Source: Bacteroidales bacterium (lineage in GTDB: Bacteria > Bacteroidota > Bacteroidia > Bacteroidales > JACABE01). From it: a stretch of DNA of 64,000 nucleotides. Where the stretch lies: the NCBI GenBank assembly GCA_023251515.1, contig JAHEYQ010000001.1, positions 74,785 to 138,784 of the forward strand. The letters run 5' to 3'. Below are positions 59,019-64,000 of this stretch, piece by piece (the first letter of the stretch is position 1; every line of letters begins with the position of its first letter). Both the position numbers and the translations under genes were made by a program. Under the pieces are notes generated by a model, which saw only the letters and a list, made by a program, of their open reading frames with translations, made no database searches and was not told where the DNA came from.

Positions 59019-60797
59019 TTATTCAACAATAAATTTGGTGTGAAATTTACCCTTTTCAGTTTCGGCATTTAAAAGATAAACACCTTGTTTAAGAGTGATT
59101 ATATCAATGCTTTCGCTTTGCATACTTGCATCTATTGTTTTTTCGGTATTTAAAACTTCCTTTCCCATAGTGTTGAAAATACTAAATCTAACTTTTCCCT
59201 GCAATGAATTATTATTTCTGATATTCAGTTGTTTTTGAGCAGGATTAGGATAAATCTGCATTAGATTATCATTTTTGCTTTCGCTGATACCTACATTGTC
59301 TGTCGTATATTTTACTTTCCAACCCATTTCGGTTATAGCTGCATTACTTACAAAAACCAATAACATTTTTCCGGTAGTAGAATACAATGTTGGTGGCAAT
59401 GCAGTTCCCGAGAAACTTCCAAGAATAGGAGAGGAGGTAGTTTCTCCATCATACACAGTTAATATATCATTGTTTGCTTCTGTTCTGAAACTGATAAATT
59501 CAAGTTTGATGCTAACACCTGTATCGGGTTTTATTAACCATTGACAATTGGTATTATTCAAATAGTTGTCAGAAAAACTTCCATCCTGAAATGTAAAAGT
59601 TTGTGAAGTATAAACTTTTGCATTATTGCATAATGGATAGATAGTTGTATCTGGCACAATATTGTAAACCATATCTTGTCCGTAATTAAAATCTCCATTA
59701 CCTGAATGTAAATTGTTCAGATAAAAGAATCCGTTTCCGGAACCACTCCAACCCCAATTGAAATGAAAATAATTATTACCCTGATAACCATCGCAAACCC
59801 ACGCATGTCCGCCAACACTTAAATCCTGTCCTCCATAAAGAATAGGATAGTGCATATCCAGATTATCCGTAATCATATTACGCCAGACTTCATCATTGTA
59901 ATTTGCTCTTTCAGCATAAGTGATGTATCTTCTGTATTTGTAATTGTTATATAACGGACTTTGTGTTCTTTCCAGAAATGAAGAAGATCCCGATGGAGTA
60001 TAGTACATTCCTACCGAAACACCACAATCGTACATCAATTTTGCAATTGCATTGCGTTTTATGGTATCGGGTTCGTTATTAGTAATCGATATTCCCATAT
60101 TTGCCCAGTCGTAATTGCGTTGACTGTAATCTACATACAAATCGCCAAATGCCTGATGATGATAGCTATAAGTTCCAACACCATGTGTAGGATATTTATA
60201 ATATCTCATTACCTGCGACATGGCTGTTGCTACACAACCTGCATAGCATTTGCCATCAGGACCAGCAGGATGTGGAGGACAATAATAATTATATCCTGCA
60301 TCCTGATTCCAGTATGTCTGAAGCAATGGCATTACTGATTTGTTGTTACCTGATATTGAACCGGATTTTTCATTTGATAAATAAAAATGCCATGCATCTT
60401 TTATTTTATCAGAAACCGTTGACTTTAGTCTTGCTTCAGCTATAATTGCTTTTGCCGAATTTTCGAGCCATACGTCAAGCGCTTTTACTTCACCTTTTGC
60501 AGGGAAGTTGCTTTCTGTAGAGTATGCAATTATTGGAAATATTCTGTCGTCACCGGCAATTATGATGTATGAGTTTTTGTTTGAAAATACATGCATTGCA
60601 GTAAATTGACTATTCTCTTCACTGCTTAATGGAATATAATTTAATGACGACTTATCTGTGTTTATTTTTAATTCGCGACTGAAAAAATTATCAGCCACTT
60701 TCAGTGCTTTATCTTTGTTGATTATTTCAGCTTTAATAAAGCCGGAAATAAATAACAAGCAAACAAACAGTAGCACTGTTTTATTTATTTTATTCAT
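59019..60797 (-). CDS. C10-family (streptopain-like) cysteine protease with CUB-like domain and T9SS C-terminal domain
   Basis: 592 aa with an inhibitor-like propeptide (KALKVADNFF), the catalytic Cys context YAGCVATAMSQVMRYYKYP, the His context GGHAWVCDGY, a CUB-like CQWLIKPDTG...ILTVYDG, and the tail IYPNPAQKQL...GVYLLNAETEKGKFHTKFIVE. Confidence 0.85.
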   Translation of the reverse strand: MNKINKTVLLFVCLLFISGFIKAEIINKDKALKVADNFFSRELKINTDKSSLNYIPLSSEENSQFTAMHVFSNKNSYIIIAGDDRIFPIIAYSTESNFPAKGEVKALDVWLENSAKAIIAEARLKSTVSDKIKDAWHFYLSNEKSGSISGNNKSVMPLLQTYWNQDAGYNYYCPPHPAGPDGKCYAGCVATAMSQVMRYYKYPTHGVGTYSYHHQAFGDLYVDYSQRNYDWANMGISITNNEPDTIKRNAIAKLMYDCGVSVGMYYTPSGSSSFLERTQSPLYNNYKYRRYITYAERANYNDEVWRNMITDNLDMHYPILYGGQDLSVGGHAWVCDGYQGNNYFHFNWGWSGSGNGFFYLNNLHSGNGDFNYGQDMVYNIVPDTTIYPLCNNAKVYTSQTFTFQDGSFSDNYLNNTNCQWLIKPDTGVSIKLEFISFRTEANNDILTVYDGETTSSPILGSFSGTALPPTLYSTTGKMLLVFVSNAAITEMGWKVKYTTDNVGISESKNDNLMQIYPNPAQKQLNIRNNNSLQGKVRFSIFNTMGKEVLNTEKTIDASMQSESIDIITLKQGVYLLNAETEKGKFHTKFIVE

Positions 60798-61212
60798 TGA
60801 TTACAAATTAAATGATTATTTAATAAGGTATTTATTCTGAGATATTTCTTTAGCTTTCTCAATAATTGAAAAGCAGTGAAATAGATTCAGAAATGATACC
60901 ATTAAAGGATTTATAATATCAATATTAAAGATTAGTATATTACTATTTAATCAGCCTTGTTTTATGCTGATGAAACGAGCCATGAGAAAATATTCACACA
61001 CAGGAGGATATTTATTTGACGAGTTCCATATGTACATATAAATTTAAATAAAATAAACATATGAAAAAGATGCGGAGCATTTACTTAAAAGATGCGTATC
61101 TTTTTTAAAGATATAAAGCTGATAAATAATAATAGGATAGAATTAGTTTTCTAAATAATAGTAAACCAATTCGTTAAATCTGATTATTGATATAAAAAAA
61201 GAAAAGTTTTAA

Positions 61213-61749
61213 TCAAGAAATTTGTGGAGGAGGGGTTAAAATTTCTTTGCTTAAATTGTAGAAATATTTAAGTTTAAAATGATATGTCAGTTCTGAAGTG
61301 TAGAAATCAGGATTTAGTTGCAGTTTTGGTTGATTAATATATAAAACATTGAATTTCAAAAGTAAATTAAGAGTTTTCGATTTGTTAGAATCTTTATTCA
61401 TACTGTTTTTAACCTGTTTGTCCAAACCGGCAAAAAGAGTTTTTTCCTGCGTATCATTTACACATTTGTAAATAATAAAATCGCCATCAACCACTTTGCT
61501 AACAACATCATACATATTGCCTTTGTATGAAAATTCTTTTTTCTCTAACCATTTAATACCCATTTTTTTCTGCAAGTTCTTATCAGTTGGAAATCTGAAA
61601 CAATGCAGTACGTTTTCAGGTACACCTTGTTTTATAGTAGTTTTGATTTGTTTTTTAATATTAAACTGCATTACTTTAAATACGGCAAAATATCCAAATA
61701 AATGGAAAACCAAGGTACAAATTACTAATATGGATAAAAACTTCTTCAA
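61213..61749 (-). CDS. Membrane-anchored hypothetical protein
   Basis: 178 aa with an N-terminal hydrophobic segment. No family recognised. Confidence 0.45.
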   Translation of the reverse strand: MKKFLSILVICTLVFHLFGYFAVFKVMQFNIKKQIKTTIKQGVPENVLHCFRFPTDKNLQKKMGIKWLEKKEFSYKGNMYDVVSKVVDGDFIIYKCVNDTQEKTLFAGLDKQVKNSMNKDSNKSKTLNLLLKFNVLYINQPKLQLNPDFYTSELTYHFKLKYFYNLSKEILTPPPQIS

Positions 61750-61790
61750 TATTTATAAAACTGCTGCAAAGTTAAGCTTTATTATTAAAA

Positions 61791-63647
61791 TTATGCAACT
61801 CTGGGATTAATTTCCAGATTATCGAGTTCTATTCTTAAATTATCGATGATAAAATTTTGTCTGTCAGGCGTATTTTTGCCCATATAAAATTCAAGAATTT
61901 GCTTTATTGATGAATCTTTTTTCAGAATAACCGGTTCTAATCGAATATTCGGACCAATAAAATTGCGGAATTCATCGGGTGAAATCTCTCCAAGTCCTTT
62001 AAATCGTGTAATTTCCGGATTAGTACCCAATTGAGAAATAGCATTTACTCTTTCTTCTTCCGAATAGCAATAAATGGTTTTCTGTTTATTACGAACCCTA
62101 AACAAAGGTGTTTGCAAAATATACAAATGACCTGATTTCACAACTTCAGGATAAAATTGAAGAAAGAAAGCCAATAATAGCATACGGATGTGCATTCCGT
62201 CAACATCGGCATCAGTTGCAACTACAATATTGTTATATCTCAGGTTTTCAATATCTTCGTCAATATTTAAAGCAGCCTGCAATAAATTAAATTCATCGTT
62301 TTCATAAACTACTCTTTTGGTTAAACCATAGCAATTTAATGGTTTACCTCTTAAACTGAAAACCGCCTGAGTATTCACATCTCTCGATTTGGTGATTGAA
62401 CCACTTGCAGAATCTCCTTCTGTAATAAATAATGTTGTTTCTAATTTTCTTTCATCATTTGTATTGTAATGAAGACGGCAATCTCTCAATTTTTTATTAT
62501 GTAAACTTACTTTCTTTACACTTTCTTTGGCAGCCTTTTTAATATTAGCCATTTCTTTGCGTTCTTTTTCCGATTGTAGAATTTTGCGAAGAAGCAATTC
62601 TGCTGTTTCAGAGTTGATATGCAAATAATTATCAAGATTTCGTTTAACAATATCGTTAATATAGTTTCTAACGCTTGCACCATTTGGCTCCATATACATC
62701 GAGCCTAATTTGGTTTTTGTCTGCGATTCAAAAACAGGTTCTTGAATCTTGATACTCAGAGCTGCCACTATGGAACTGCGGATATCACTAGGTTCAAAAT
62801 CTTTTTTGTAAAACTCTCTGATTGTTTTTACAATTGCTTCGCGAAAAGCAGCCTGATGTGTACCGCCTTGAGTAGTGTGTTGTCCGTTTACAAACGAAAA
62901 ATATTCCTCAATATACTGACTTGAACTATGAGTAAATGCAAATTCTAAGTCAACTTCTTTTATGTGAATAATTGGATAAACAGTTGAGCCATTGATGTTA
63001 CTTTCCAGTAAATCAAGCAATCCGTTTTTGGCTGTATATCGGTTTCCATTAAAAGAAAGCGTAAGTCCATTATTCAGATATGCATAATTCCAAAGCATTT
63101 TATCAAGATATTCATCAATATAATGATATTGACCGAAAATCTCATTGTCAGGGATAAAAGTAATGATTGTTCCGTTTCTTTGATCTGAATCAACAATATT
63201 CTGTTCATTGGTAACAATACCCTTCGAAAATTCTACAACCTTGGTTTTTCCTTCTCTTATCGACTGAACTTTAAAATAGGAAGAAAGGGCATTAACGGCT
63301 TTTGTACCAACTCCGTTTAATCCAACAGCTTTCTGAAATACTTTTGAATCATATTTAGCACCGGTATTAATCTTTGAAACGCAGTCGATTACCTTTCCTA
63401 ATGGCATACCACGACCATAATCTCTGATGCTGACTTTTTGTTCTTTTATAGAAATTTCAATATTTCTTCCAGAACCCATTACAAATTCATCAATTGCATT
63501 ATCAATTATTTCTTTAACAAGAACATAAATACCGTCATCCTGCGAAGCTCCATCACCCAATTTCCCGATATACATACCGGGACGCAAACGGATATGTTCG
63601 TTCCACTCTAAGGATTTGATACTGTCATCATTATATTCTGCAATCAT
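61791..63647 (-). CDS. parE: Type IIA topoisomerase subunit B (topoisomerase IV ParE-type)
   Basis: 618 aa with [31 protein letters not shown] and the Toprim motif TEGDSASGS. The short length fits ParE rather than GyrB. Confidence 0.85.
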   Translation of the reverse strand: MIAEYNDDSIKSLEWNEHIRLRPGMYIGKLGDGASQDDGIYVLVKEIIDNAIDEFVMGSGRNIEISIKEQKVSIRDYGRGMPLGKVIDCVSKINTGAKYDSKVFQKAVGLNGVGTKAVNALSSYFKVQSIREGKTKVVEFSKGIVTNEQNIVDSDQRNGTIITFIPDNEIFGQYHYIDEYLDKMLWNYAYLNNGLTLSFNGNRYTAKNGLLDLLESNINGSTVYPIIHIKEVDLEFAFTHSSSQYIEEYFSFVNGQHTTQGGTHQAAFREAIVKTIREFYKKDFEPSDIRSSIVAALSIKIQEPVFESQTKTKLGSMYMEPNGASVRNYINDIVKRNLDNYLHINSETAELLLRKILQSEKERKEMANIKKAAKESVKKVSLHNKKLRDCRLHYNTNDERKLETTLFITEGDSASGSITKSRDVNTQAVFSLRGKPLNCYGLTKRVVYENDEFNLLQAALNIDEDIENLRYNNIVVATDADVDGMHIRMLLLAFFLQFYPEVVKSGHLYILQTPLFRVRNKQKTIYCYSEEERVNAISQLGTNPEITRFKGLGEISPDEFRNFIGPNIRLEPVILKKDSSIKQILEFYMGKNTPDRQNFIIDNLRIELDNLEINPRVA

Positions 63648-63745
63648 AATAGAAATATTTTGTACAAAGTTAAGAAAAGCCTGATAATTATAAACACCTT
63701 ATAAATAAAATTATCAACTACTAAGTGTTTATTGCTATAATGCTG

Positions 63746-64000
63746 TTATTTTGCATTTAAGCTAATTCTGTCAGTCATTAGAAATAATAAAGTATTGAAG
63801 AAAGTAAAAAATAAAACACCAGCCTGATTTTCAAACATAGATTCTACCAAAATACTGAATCCTACAATTATCAGGAAGAAAAAGTAAATATAATTTTTAT
63901 TTCTTAAAGCATAAATCAATGGAGTTAGCAGCATAACAATTAAAGACAGTAAGCCGATAATTCCCAAGGCAACAGATGTTTGTAAGTATTGATTATGTGA
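63746..64000 (-). CDS. O-antigen ligase (Wzy_C) family membrane protein, C-terminal part; the gene continues beyond the window
   Basis: The frame is open to nt 64000. SHNQYLQTSVALGIIGLL matches the HN.YL....E.GiiG ligase motif and is followed by TM helices. Confidence 0.6.
   Translation of the reverse strand, partial: SHNQYLQTSVALGIIGLLSLIVMLLTPLIYALRNKNYIYFFFLIIVGFSILVESMFENQAGVLFFTFFNTLLFLMTDRISLNAK

Noticed and set aside
60798-61212. Hidden gene or riboswitch in the 415-bp ORF-free gap upstream of the C10 protease
   Set aside because: I found only a short hairpin (AAAAGATGCGTATCTTTT near 61095-61115) and AT-rich sequence, with no conserved-looking structure or ORF. It is most likely a promoter and regulatory region.

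Overview
Low-GC, Bacteroidota-type chromosome segment, read by eye with no database searches. Part A (nt 1 to about 20,050) is one end and about 20 kb of a Mu-like transposable prophage. On the - strand it carries a MuA-like DDE transposase, a MuB-like AAA+ ATPase, a divergent Ner/c-like switch, and GemA-, DUF3164- and NdpA-like early genes. On the + strand it carries a gp27-like small terminase, large terminase, DUF1320-like protein, DUF935-type portal, MuF and gpG. The prophage abuts and apparently truncates a MutS-related host gene. The two arms converge with only 2 bp between their stop codons, and no capsid or tail genes follow gpG, so Mu synteny is broken. Part B (20-64 kb) is host DNA. 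It holds truA, an AIM24-family gene, a DUF1697 gene, a 3114-aa T9SS-sorted giant surface protein, and a tiny Gly/Pro-rich protein with a PEP-CTERM-style tail. It then holds a tight operon (2x DUF4199-like, GT2, gmhA, gmhB, MORN+LytTR-like), an M6 metalloprotease (T9SS), nifJ/PFOR, a radical-SAM activase-like gene, mqnA, ribBA, DPP4, a TonB-dependent receptor, a C10 protease (T9SS), parE and an O-antigen-ligase fragment. The candidates I rate highest are listed here. (1) A self-contained two-gene moron next to gpG, bracketed by identical terminators, with a palindromic operator over its promoter and a strongly acidic 102-aa first gene; this is the layout of acr-aca anti-defence operons. (2) A T_TTT_TTC slippery site at the portal stop that opens directly into the MuF frame. 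(3) A 42-bp x ~7 tandem array that most likely encodes a 14-residue-repeat protein, paired divergently with an orphan 321-aa gene. (4) The sorting-signal-only mini-protein downstream of the giant adhesin. No rRNA, tRNA or CRISPR array was seen.
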